Assembly (NCBI GenBank): GCA_043740835.1
Contig: JAYUBK010000015.1
Coordinates: 44,679 to 108,678 of the forward strand
Direction: 5' to 3'
Length of the DNA stretch: 64,000 bases
From: Chloroflexota bacterium
GTDB taxonomy: Bacteria; Chloroflexota; Dormibacteria; Dormibacterales; Dormibacteraceae
Shown here piece after piece: positions 55,671-64,000 of this stretch. The notes under the pieces are model-generated. The model did not search any database. It was not told where the DNA came from and saw nothing but the letters and a program-made list of their open reading frames with translations. A program made the position numbers and the translations under genes. Every line of letters begins with the position of its first letter. Position 1 is the stretch's first letter.

Positions 55671-56367
55671 GGAGCCGCAGCCTGAGGACGATCAGCAGCG
55701 CTTTTTTGATCTCGTCGCGGGAGACCTTGGAAGCGCCCAGGACCCGGTCCTCGAATTGGATCGGGACCTCGCAGACCTTAAAGCCGTGCTTCAGCGTGCG
55801 ATAAACCATCTCGATCTGGAACGAATAGCCCTCGGAAAACACCCGCTCGAGGTCGATGGCCTGCAGCAGCTCGCGGGTGTAGGCGCGAAATCCGGAGGTG
55901 ATGTCGTTGACGCCACACCAGAGGAGGATGCGGCAGTAGAGGTTGGCGCCGCGGGAGAGGACCTGGCGGTCGAACCCCCAGCCCACGACCGACCCCCCTG
56001 GGATGTATCGGGAACCCAGTCCCATGCCGCCGCCGTCAGCTGCTGCTGAAATGATCGCGGGAAGGTGCTGCGGGCGATGGGACCCATCCATGTCCATCTC
56101 CACAAGGAGGTCATAGCCACGCTCGAGACCGATCGCGAAGCCGGCCAGGTAGGCGGTGCCCAGGCCGAGCTTCCCACCGCGGTGGAGGACGGAGATCCCG
56201 GGGTCGGCGGCAGCCATTTCGTCCGCTTTGCGGCCGGTGCCATCCGGCGAGTTGTCGTCGACGATGAGCACGTCGTTGCCGGTCTGGCGGACGGCGCCGA
56301 CGACCTTTTCGACGTTCTCGATCTCGTTGTAGGTGGGCATGACGACAAGCACACGGCGGCTGCTCAT
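55651..56367 (-). CDS. ppm1: polyprenol-phosphate mannose synthase-like GT2 glycosyltransferase
   Basis: VLVVMPTYNEIENV..., ..LIVDDNSPDGT.. and ..GKLGLGTAY... Start at MSSRRV (ATG 56367) overlaps the upstream TGA (ATGA). Confidence 0.85.
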   Translation of the reverse strand: MSSRRVLVVMPTYNEIENVEKVVGAVRQTGNDVLIVDDNSPDGTGRKADEMAAADPGISVLHRGGKLGLGTAYLAGFAIGLERGYDLLVEMDMDGSHRPQHLPAIISAAADGGGMGLGSRYIPGGSVVGWGFDRQVLSRGANLYCRILLWCGVNDITSGFRAYTRELLQAIDLERVFSEGYSFQIEMVYRTLKHGFKVCEVPIQFEDRVLGASKVSRDEIKKALLIVLRLRLRGGRGI

Positions 56368-57074
56368 CTGCCGAACCGAATCCTGAACACGTCGATGAAC
56401 ATGTGTGCCGAATGCCGGATGGCAAGCACCTTGGTGGGCTCCGAGTTGATCCACCGAACCGGGATCTCGGCGACCAGCCGGCCCTGGCGACGAGCCCGGT
56501 GGATGACCTCGACGTCGTAGGCGAACCCGGCGGTCCGCATCTTCGCGAAGATCTCGCGGGCAAGGTCGCCGCGGAAGAGCTTGAAACCGCACTGGGTGTC
56601 CCAGAGGCCGGGGAGGATCACGGCCTGGACTATGAGGTTGAACGTCTTGCCCATCAGGACCCTGTGAAAGGGCTGAGAGACCTCCACCTGGGAGCCCCGC
56701 TTGGCACGTGACCCGATGGCCACGTCGGCGCCCGCCCGGATCGCGTCCTCGAGCTTGGGCAGCTCGGTGATCGGAGTGGAAAAGTCGGTGTCGGAGATCA
56801 GAACCAGGTCGCCCCGGCTGGCCAGCACTCCCTCCGCGATGGCTCTCCCCTTGCCCCGGTTCTGGCTCGTCCCCACGACCCGGAAGCGCGGGTCGCGAGC
56901 CGCCGCAGCGTCCATCAGAGCCCGCGTGTCGTCAGTGCTGCCATCGTCGGAGAAGATCAACTCGAACTCGGTTCCGCGCCCCTCCAAATACGGCACGATG
57001 GCAAGGGTGAGCGACAGCCTTTCGCTCTCGTTGTAAGCAGGTACGACGATGCTCAACTGGGGTTGGCCGGCCAC
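56364..57074 (-). CDS. GT2 family glycosyltransferase (polyprenyl-phosphate glycosyltransferase-like)
   Basis: LSIVVPAYNESERL.., ..FSDDGSTDDT.. and ..NRGKGRAI... GTG 57074 chosen as start because the longer track ORF overlaps the upstream gene. Confidence 0.8.
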   Translation of the reverse strand: MAGQPQLSIVVPAYNESERLSLTLAIVPYLEGRGTEFELIFSDDGSTDDTRALMDAAAARDPRFRVVGTSQNRGKGRAIAEGVLASRGDLVLISDTDFSTPITELPKLEDAIRAGADVAIGSRAKRGSQVEVSQPFHRVLMGKTFNLIVQAVILPGLWDTQCGFKLFRGDLAREIFAKMRTAGFAYDVEVIHRARRQGRLVAEIPVRWINSEPTKVLAIRHSAHMFIDVFRIRFGR

Positions 57075-57085
57075 GGCGACAAAGT

Positions 57086-57829
57086 CTAGTGTCGCGTCCC
57101 CCCGGCCCTTATCACAGCCAGCGCGTACCAGGGCAACGCCGCCATGCGACCGACGCGGCGCGGCTGGCGGACGAGGCGGTAGAGCCATTCGATACCCGCG
57201 GAGCGCATCCAACCGGGCGCCCGGGAGACCCTGCCCGAGAGGTAATCGAAAGCCCCGCCGACCCCGATCGCCACCGGTGCCCCCACCCGCTCGCGGTTCC
57301 GGTCGTACCAGAATTCCTGGCGCGGCGCTCCATAGGCGATGAGGAGGATGTCCGGGTGAGCCGCGTTCATGAGGGAGAGCGATTCCTCGTCGCCCTCCGG
57401 TCCTGCCGCTCCGGCGTGACAACCGGCAATCACGACGCCCGGAACGATCTGCCGCAGCCGCTCCGCCGCGATTTCGGCGACCCCTTCGGCGGCTCCGAGC
57501 AGGTAGAGTCGCAGGCCGCGCTCAGCCGAGCGCCGGGCCAGCATGGGCAGCAGGTCGATACCCGTGATCCGCTCGGGGAGCGGCCTGCCCAGCCGCCGCG
57601 CCGCCCACATCACGCCGGCGCCGTCGGCGAGGCAGAGCGAGGCGGTTTCCAGCACGCGTGCGAAGGCTGCGTCACGGCGCGCCCGCATGATGAACTCGGG
57701 GTTGACCGTCGCCACCAGGTGGCGGCCCCCGGTCGCAACCAGGGCTTCGATGCGATCTGCCGCAGCCTCCATGTCGAGGGCGTCGACCCGGACCCCCAGG
57801 ATTCGGATGCTATCGACCTGCTCACCCAT
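57086..57829 (-). CDS. WecB/TagA/CpsF family (GT26) glycosyltransferase
   Basis: ILGVRVDALDMEAAADRI.....LVATVNPEF.., ..LCLADGAGV.. and ..LLGAAEGVAE.. Confidence 0.85.
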   Translation of the reverse strand: MGEQVDSIRILGVRVDALDMEAAADRIEALVATGGRHLVATVNPEFIMRARRDAAFARVLETASLCLADGAGVMWAARRLGRPLPERITGIDLLPMLARRSAERGLRLYLLGAAEGVAEIAAERLRQIVPGVVIAGCHAGAAGPEGDEESLSLMNAAHPDILLIAYGAPRQEFWYDRNRERVGAPVAIGVGGAFDYLSGRVSRAPGWMRSAGIEWLYRLVRQPRRVGRMAALPWYALAVIRAGGTRH

Positions 57830-57857
57830 CGCCGCTGATTATGATTTGGCCCCGCAC

Positions 57858-58832
57858 ATGGCCCGGGTCATCATCGACCTTCGAAACATCGACCTCAGCC
57901 ATCCGAACGCGCCTTCGACCAACGCCCACAACCTCGCTTCGGCCCTTCTTCGGCGCGGCGACCACGAATACACCGTCGTGGAATCGGAGAGCACGGCCAG
58001 GACACCCCCGGGCGATGTCTACCTCCTTCCCGCCGGCGGCCGGCCGCGTTTCGGGTATCGCAATCTCGTGCTTGTCCCGGAGCTCGATCATCTGCTCGCG
58101 CCCGCTGCCGCGGGCCCGCTCAAGGTGATCGCCAGAAGCTGGCGCGCCGCTCTGGCCGCAAGCCGCGCGGACGTGCTTCTCGCCCCCTCGCACACGATCC
58201 GCGACGCCCTGGTGAACTTCCTCCGCGTGCCGCCTTTCCGTATCGCGATCAGCCCGCCCGGCCTCGAGCCGGGGTTCACGCGCACCTCCCTGGCGGAGGC
58301 CACCGCCGCGCGGACGCAGCTTGGGCTGCCGCAGCGCTACATCCTGCTGTTCGGTACCGACACCAAGTCCGTATTCGACGCCTGGAAGGCGATCGGGGCC
58401 GAGCGGGCGAACGCCCACCTCGTCCCGGCGTGGAACCTCCCGACTCTCGACAGGGAGACGCTCCGCGCCGCTCTGAGTGGCGCCCTTGCCTGCGCGTACT
58501 GTGGGCTCAACAACGGGGTCCCGCTGGGCCCACTGGAGGCGATGGCCTGCGGCTCTCCGCCGATAGTGATCGGCGACGCCGCCTACCCGGAGGTCGTCCG
58601 GGACGGCGGGCTCGTCGTCCGGCCTGCGGACTCCTTCGCCGATTGGCGGGATTCGATGGCGGCGGTCCTCCGAAGCCCGAAGTTGCGGGCCGATCTCTCG
58701 GCACGCGCACGCAGCCTGGCGGAGATCTTCAGCGCGGACCGCTCGGCGCGGCTCCTGGCGCCCCTACTGAACCCCGGGGCGCAAGTAGACGAAGGGGTAG
58801 ACGCGGGGCAGGAGGACCACCGGGGCGGTTGA
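57858..58832 (+). CDS. GT4-like glycosyltransferase (divergent)
   Basis: Start at MARVIIDLRN. C-terminal ..GVPLGPLEAMACGSPPIV.. fits the GT-B E-x7-E region. The 3' end overlaps the convergent deacetylase gene, so the exact stop is uncertain. Confidence 0.6.
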   Translation: MARVIIDLRNIDLSHPNAPSTNAHNLASALLRRGDHEYTVVESESTARTPPGDVYLLPAGGRPRFGYRNLVLVPELDHLLAPAAAGPLKVIARSWRAALAASRADVLLAPSHTIRDALVNFLRVPPFRIAISPPGLEPGFTRTSLAEATAARTQLGLPQRYILLFGTDTKSVFDAWKAIGAERANAHLVPAWNLPTLDRETLRAALSGALACAYCGLNNGVPLGPLEAMACGSPPIVIGDAAYPEVVRDGGLVVRPADSFADWRDSMAAVLRSPKLRADLSARARSLAEIFSADRSARLLAPLLNPGAQVDEGVDAGQEDHRGG

Positions 58833-59765
58833 CCCGACTCCGTCCTCGTGCCTGGCCAGAGTCTTGGCGAACTCGGCCAGGCTCTCGCCTCCTGAAACTC
58901 TCGTTCGGGTCCATGTGAATCTGTCCGTGCTCGCGTGACCGATGCCCTCGACCGTCGTCGTCGCACTCTGGTAACCCTGCTCGGCCACCATCTGCACGAC
59001 GCGGGCATCGAAGTTTCCCGCCGGATAGCAGAAGTCGAGCACCGGGTGCCCCACGATTGCCTGAAGAGCGATCCTGCTGTCGAGGAGCTCGTGGTACATC
59101 GAGTCGTTGCTGAGCTTGGTGAGGTTCGCGTGGCTGACCGTGTGGGCGCCGATCTCGATGCCGGCCCGGTCCATCTCCTGGATCTGGGGCGCCGTGACAT
59201 ATCGGCCGGGCATCCCGATAAAGCCCGCGACGATGTACGAAACGGCAGAAAAGTGGTGCTTTTGGAGGATCGGGAAGGCGGTCGCATAGAAGTCGAGGTA
59301 GCCATCGTCGAAGGTGAGGACGATCGGCTTCGAAGGAAGCGGGTTGCCGTCGTAGTAGCTGCGCAGCGTCGTCAGCGTGATCGGGTGCCAGCCGTTGTCC
59401 GAAAGCCAGTCCATCTGGGCCCGGAAGTCATCGGGGGTGACGGACAGGTTGTAGCCCATCTTGTCACGCGCGTCCGGGTTCACCCGGATGTAGTGATACA
59501 TGACAATCGGGACCTGGAGCCCCGGCTTGCCGGGCGGAACCTGGGCGTCGCCAGGGGTGCCGGGCTGAATCCGAAGAGGGCTTATCGGTCCCAACGAAGC
59601 CACGCCGTCGGGCTTTGCCACGGTGGCCTCGAACGACGGCACGGATGGGCGTGCGTAGGCAGTCCTCACGGGATTGTTCGGAAGAAAGGCCTGAGCCAGC
59701 ACAAGAATCCCCAAAGCGACGAGTGCTCCCGCCCCTGCCCGCCCCCGGGGGCGCGGTGCATTCAC
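58764..59765 (-). CDS. polysaccharide deacetylase (NodB homology domain), secreted
   Basis: Signal peptide, then ..IVMYHYI.., ..LTFDDGYLDFY.. and ..GAHTVSH.. Confidence 0.85.
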   Translation of the reverse strand: MNAPRPRGRAGAGALVALGILVLAQAFLPNNPVRTAYARPSVPSFEATVAKPDGVASLGPISPLRIQPGTPGDAQVPPGKPGLQVPIVMYHYIRVNPDARDKMGYNLSVTPDDFRAQMDWLSDNGWHPITLTTLRSYYDGNPLPSKPIVLTFDDGYLDFYATAFPILQKHHFSAVSYIVAGFIGMPGRYVTAPQIQEMDRAGIEIGAHTVSHANLTKLSNDSMYHELLDSRIALQAIVGHPVLDFCYPAGNFDARVVQMVAEQGYQSATTTVEGIGHASTDRFTWTRTRVSGGESLAEFAKTLARHEDGVGSTAPVVLLPRVYPFVYLRPGVQ

Positions 59766-59813
59766 TGAGCACGTAGATTAGTCGAACGGGACGACAATCC
59801 ATGGACAGGCGCT

Positions 59814-60935
59814 ATGACTGAACTTAAGAATGACGCCTGTTCGACCGTCGCCGTCGATGTGAATCCCGCCACTCGCACTGCAATCACGGGAACGGAGATG
59901 TTCGCTCGCGAGGTCGCCCGGAGGCTACCGTCCCTCGCTCCCGAGGTGGCTTGGAGCTTCTACTCCGGCCGACCGGGACCAGGACTTGGCATCGACCTGA
60001 CGGTCATCCCGTTCGGGCGTCTGTGGTCGCAGGCAAGACTGCCCTTAGAACTTGCCCGGACCCGGCCGGACCTCTTCGTGACCCTCGCCCACGTCGTGCC
60101 CCAGGCCTGCCCCGCGCCCGCTCTCCAGGTGGTCCACGATCTCGCCTATGAGCGCTTCCCCGACGCCTATGGGCCGCTTGTCCGCGCCTACCTGCGACAC
60201 ACGACACGGCGCGCGGCGCGCGTTTGTCCGGTGCTCGTGGCTGTCTCCGAATCCACCCGGCGCGACCTCGCCGAGCTCTACGAAGTGGATCCGGAGCGCG
60301 TGGAGATCGCCAATCCGGGTGGTGGCGAGGGATCTCCTGCGCCGGCGACGGAGCGAGATGCGCATCGGCTCGCCGAACTGGGAGTGCGGGGCCGATTCGC
60401 TCTCCACGTCGGGCGGGTCGAAAAGCGCAAGAACCAGGCCGCGGCTCTTGCTGCCATCGAGCGGGTTCCGGGCCTGACCCTGGTCAGTGCCGGCGCCGAG
60501 CATGATCCCTTCCTCGCCGCCGCGCTCCGCCGGAGCGGTCGCGCTCGGCTGCTCGGGAGGGTCGCCGACGACGACCGCGACCTCCTCTACAGACACGCGG
60601 AGGCACTCGTCTTTCCGAGCCTCTACGAGGGCTGGGGCATCCCCGTACTGGAGGCGATGCGGGCCGGCGTGCCCGTCGTCACGGTTCGCGGCTCCTCCCT
60701 GCCCGAGGTCGGGGGTGAGGCCGCCCTCTACGTTGACGACCCGAACGACGCCGAAGGCATGGCCGCACACCTGCTGCGCCTGGCCTCCGACCCGGCCCTT
60801 CGCTCTGCTCTCGTCGAGGCGGGCCGTGCCCGGGCTGCCACGTTCACCTGGGAGCGAACCGCTCAGGGCGTGCTCAGGGCCATTCGGCGCAGCCTTCGAC
60901 AACTGGCTCAACAGGGTCTGGCTCAGCGCAGGTAG
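59814..60935 (+). CDS. GT4 family (GT-B) glycosyltransferase
   Basis: ..GRVEKRKN.. and ..ALVFPSLYEGWGIPVLEAMRAGVPVV.. Confidence 0.85.
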   Translation: MTELKNDACSTVAVDVNPATRTAITGTEMFAREVARRLPSLAPEVAWSFYSGRPGPGLGIDLTVIPFGRLWSQARLPLELARTRPDLFVTLAHVVPQACPAPALQVVHDLAYERFPDAYGPLVRAYLRHTTRRAARVCPVLVAVSESTRRDLAELYEVDPERVEIANPGGGEGSPAPATERDAHRLAELGVRGRFALHVGRVEKRKNQAAALAAIERVPGLTLVSAGAEHDPFLAAALRRSGRARLLGRVADDDRDLLYRHAEALVFPSLYEGWGIPVLEAMRAGVPVVTVRGSSLPEVGGEAALYVDDPNDAEGMAAHLLRLASDPALRSALVEAGRARAATFTWERTAQGVLRAIRRSLRQLAQQGLAQRR

Positions 60936-61936
60936 AGCTGGTTTCGCTTGAGCACCTCGAAGTGCTCGAGCGCGAGCCCCGTGCCGCGGGCGACGCAGGT
61001 CTGGGGGTCGTCGGCGATGATCGCCGGCACTCCGGTGTGGCGGACCAGGTAACGGTCGATATTGCGGAGCAGCGCGCCGCCGCCGCTCAGGACGATGCCC
61101 TTGTCATAGATATCGGCGGCAAGTTCGGGAGGCGTCTGTTCGAGCACGTTACGAACGGCGCCGACGATCTGCGCGAGAGGGTCCTGGACGGCGTCACAGA
61201 TCTCGCGGGAGGTGATGACGACGTTTTTCGGAAGGCCGGAGACGAGGTCGCGACCGCGCACCTCCATCGTCAGCTCCTCCTTGAGGGGGAGGGCGGTGCC
61301 GATCCCGATCTTCACCTCTTCGGCGGTTCTCTCGCCGATCAACAGGTTGTGCTTGCGCTTGACATGGTTGGCGATCGCGTCGTCGATGCGGTTGCCACCG
61401 ACCCGGATCGAGTGCGCGACGACCATGCCGGAGAGCGAGATCACGGCGATCTCAGTCGTCCCGCCTCCGATGTCGCAGACGGCGTGGCCGCTGGGCTGGC
61501 TGATCGGGAGGTCGGCGCCGATCGCCGCGGCCAGGGGCTCGTCGATGAGCCAGGCCTGCTTGGCCCCGGCCGAGATTGCCGCCTCTGTGACGGCGCGACG
61601 CTCGACCGAGGTGACGCCGGATGGGACGCAGATCATGATTTCGGGCTTGAAGAGACGGGCCCGTCCCTGGACCTTGGCGATGAAGTAGTGCAGCATCCCC
61701 TCGGTGACGACGAAGTCGGCGATCACGCCGTCGCGCATGGGACGGACGATGTTGATGTTTTCAGGCGTCCGCCCGACCATCTCGCGGGCGTGATTGCCGA
61801 CCGCAAGGATCCTCGTCCCGTCCCGATTGACAGCGACCAGGGAGGGCTCATTGATTACGATGCCCTGACCGCGCACGTAGACCAGGACCGTCGAAGTACC
61901 GAGGTCGATGCCGATCTTCTTGGCGAGAAAGTTCAA
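60923..61936 (-). CDS. mreB: rod shape-determining protein MreB
   Basis: IGIDLGTSTVLVYV.., ..VICVPSGVT.VE.RA.. and ..DIGGGTTEIAVISL.. Confidence 0.95.
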   Translation of the reverse strand: MNFLAKKIGIDLGTSTVLVYVRGQGIVINEPSLVAVNRDGTRILAVGNHAREMVGRTPENINIVRPMRDGVIADFVVTEGMLHYFIAKVQGRARLFKPEIMICVPSGVTSVERRAVTEAAISAGAKQAWLIDEPLAAAIGADLPISQPSGHAVCDIGGGTTEIAVISLSGMVVAHSIRVGGNRIDDAIANHVKRKHNLLIGERTAEEVKIGIGTALPLKEELTMEVRGRDLVSGLPKNVVITSREICDAVQDPLAQIVGAVRNVLEQTPPELAADIYDKGIVLSGGGALLRNIDRYLVRHTGVPAIIADDPQTCVARGTGLALEHFEVLKRNQLYLR

Positions 61937-63219
61937 TTGCCCTCCCGCGAAATTGAAGCGCCCATCTCGGTGAGCTTGCCGACAAGGTCCGGATAGCCGC
62001 GGTCCACGTGTCCGGCCTGGCGCAGGATGGTGACGCCTTCGGCGCAGAGCGCGGCGATGACGAGCGCCGCCCCCGAGCGGATGTCCGGCACGACGACCTC
62101 CAGGCCCTTGAGCCGCCGCGGCCCCCTCACCAGAGCCATCCGCCCCTTGACCGTGATGTCCGCCCCCATTTTCACGAGTTCTCCGACGACCCTGAAGCGG
62201 TCTTCGAAGAGAAATTCGGCCACCACGGCCTCACCCTGCGCCTGGGTCATCAGAGCCGTGTACTGCGACTGCAGGTCGGTCGGAAATCCCGGGTGCACCC
62301 ACGTCGTCAGGTCGGTCGCACGCAGCTTCATGCCGGCTCCGCGGACGACACGGAGTGCGTCCTCATCGACCCCGACCCACACGCCAGTCTGCTCAAGCTT
62401 GAGGAGAACGGTGGTGAGGTCGCCCGACGGGCTGCCTTCGAGGATCACTTCGCCGCCCGTGGCCGCCGCTGCCATCGCATAGGTGCCGGCCTCGAGGTAG
62501 TCCGCACAGACGGTGTGCCTGCCGCCACCGAGCTGTTCGACCCCCTCGATCACGACCTGGTCCGTCCCGGCGCCGACGACCCGGCCGCCGATCGCGTTGA
62601 GGAAGCGCGCCAGGTCCTGGACGTGTGGCTCCCGCGCCGCGTTGAGAATCTCCGTCCGGCCCTCGGCGAGGACCGCGGCCATCATCAGGTTCTCCGTGCC
62701 GGTGACGGTTGGCATGTCGAGTGTGATCCGGGCCCCCCGCAGCCGACCCGCCCGGGCGATGAATTCCTTTTCAGTCTCCTCCACCTCCGCCCCCATCCGA
62801 CGCAGGCCGCCGATGTGCTGCTCGACCCGGCGGGTCCCGATGTCGTCGCCGCCCGGTCGCGGGAGCCTCACCGACCCCACACGCGAGAGAAGCGGACCCA
62901 AAAGCAGGAGCGAGGCGCGCATCTCGCGCGCCAGATCGATGGGAACCTCAGACCCCGGGGCGGAGGCGGTGATCGTCACCTCTCCCCCTTCCCCGGCGAC
63001 CATACAGCCGAGGCGGCGGAGGATGTCCAGCATCACCCGCGTGTCGGTGACCTCGGCGAGGTTTGTGATCTTGACCGGAGCTGCGGTCAGCAGAGTCGCC
63101 GCGAGGATCGGGAGCGTCGCGTTCTTCGAACCTCCGATCGCGATCCGGCCGCGCAGTTCGCGCCCGCCCTCGACGCGAAGGATCTCGTCGCGCCCGCCCT
63201 GTCTGGGCGACGCAGTCAT
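61933..63219 (-). CDS. murA: UDP-N-acetylglucosamine 1-carboxyvinyltransferase
   Basis: ..[17 protein letters not shown].., ..[14 protein letters not shown].. (Asp replaces the more common active-site Cys) and ..FPTDLQ.. Confidence 0.95.
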   Translation of the reverse strand: MTASPRQGGRDEILRVEGGRELRGRIAIGGSKNATLPILAATLLTAAPVKITNLAEVTDTRVMLDILRRLGCMVAGEGGEVTITASAPGSEVPIDLAREMRASLLLLGPLLSRVGSVRLPRPGGDDIGTRRVEQHIGGLRRMGAEVEETEKEFIARAGRLRGARITLDMPTVTGTENLMMAAVLAEGRTEILNAAREPHVQDLARFLNAIGGRVVGAGTDQVVIEGVEQLGGGRHTVCADYLEAGTYAMAAAATGGEVILEGSPSGDLTTVLLKLEQTGVWVGVDEDALRVVRGAGMKLRATDLTTWVHPGFPTDLQSQYTALMTQAQGEAVVAEFLFEDRFRVVGELVKMGADITVKGRMALVRGPRRLKGLEVVVPDIRSGAALVIAALCAEGVTILRQAGHVDRGYPDLVGKLTEMGASISREGN

Positions 63220-63228
63220 CCCGGCCGC

Positions 63229-63645
63229 CTAGCCGCCTCCGCGGCGCACGCGAGCGAGGCGGAGCCGGGCCTCGGCTCGGAGCAGCGCAAGCTGGAGTTC
63301 CATCTCCTCCTGGGGCGAGGCCGGACCGCCGGCCAGCCGTTCGGCGGCTTTCCGGCGAGCCTCCTCGGCGCGCTCGATGTTGATCTCGTCGGCCCGCTCC
63401 GCTACGTCGGCCAGCACGGTGACGCGGTCGGGCAGGACCTCCATGAAGCCGCCGCCGACGAAAATCGATTCCGACTCCCCACCAGTCCTGTCGATACGCA
63501 CCTCTCCGGGGGCGAGGACCGCCAGCAATGGGGCATGGCGCGGCAGGATGCCCAGCTGGCCCTCGGTGCTGCGGGTGCTCACGAAGTCGGCGTCGCCCTC
63601 GAACAGGAGCCTCTCGACGGACACCACCCGGACTGGAATTGGCAA
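63229..63645 (-). CDS. atpC: F0F1 ATP synthase epsilon subunit
   Basis: ..[35 protein letters not shown]... Lies downstream of atpD. Confidence 0.9.
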   Translation of the reverse strand: MPIPVRVVSVERLLFEGDADFVSTRSTEGQLGILPRHAPLLAVLAPGEVRIDRTGGESESIFVGGGFMEVLPDRVTVLADVAERADEINIERAEEARRKAAERLAGGPASPQEEMELQLALLRAEARLRLARVRRGGG

Positions 63646-63646
63646 C

Positions 63647-64000
<354 letters not shown>

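Overview
Gene-dense chromosomal segment from a GC-rich bacterium with strong G/C third-position bias. The taxon cannot be resolved from the sequence alone. The gene set (Flp/Tad pilus without a secretin, TlpA-CcdA, RIO kinase, Ppm1 plus GT-C enzymes) looks like a monoderm Actinomycetota/Chloroflexota-type organism. Most genes are on the minus strand, and many are translationally coupled through 1-4 nt start/stop overlaps (ATGA, GTGA, TTGA).

Content from left to right:
- folB (partial)-folP-folK.
- An anchored DUF4430-like protein and a Dph6-like ATP pyrophosphatase.
- tRNA-Pro.
- rdgB-rph-tatC-tatA-cyclophilin-cobA/hemD-polyprenyl synthase-murI.
- An orphan OmpR-type response regulator.
- A di-iron desaturase-like gene with a palindromic operator.
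- tRNA-Leu.
- Aldo/keto reductase and 3-hydroxyacyl-CoA dehydrogenase, followed by small genes.
- A TlpA-like thioredoxin lipoprotein interrupted by an in-frame UGA exactly at the CxxC cysteine (candidate selenoprotein), followed by ccdA.
- Photolyase and an NmrA-like gene.
- A roughly 2.8-kb poorly coding stretch next to tRNA-Cys. It contains three diverged copies of a mini-ORF module, two identical 53-nt hairpin repeats, a degenerate copy of the tRNA-Cys 3' half, and a lipoprotein gene. This looks like a decayed integrative element.
- E2-lipA-lipB.
- tRNA-Phe.
- A RIO kinase with an in-frame TAA.
- tRNA-Val.
- ctpA, an M23/EnvC-like peptidase, ftsX, ftsE, prfB (classic +1 frameshift) and secA.
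- A short CpaF-like ATPase with comFC and DUF192.
- A Flp/Tad pilus locus (tadC, tadB, cpaF, REC-cpaE, cpaB) with two flp genes that flank a Tat-exported DUF362 protein and a prenyltransferase-repeat protein.
- A 1174-aa soluble HisKA_3 histidine kinase in which about 800 residues are Ala-rich tandem repeats.
- An envelope glycan cluster: two GT-C-like proteins, ppm1, GT2, GT26, two GT4 and a deacetylase.
- mreB, murA, atpC and atpD (partial).

No CRISPR array, rRNA gene, intact transposase or recognisable defence system was seen.

Two in-frame stop codons (TGA in the thioredoxin, TAA in the RIO kinase) and two genes whose conserved N-termini lack ATG/GTG/TTG starts should be checked against raw reads before they are interpreted biologically. 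All calls come from reading the sequence and ORF translations by eye; no database search was run.
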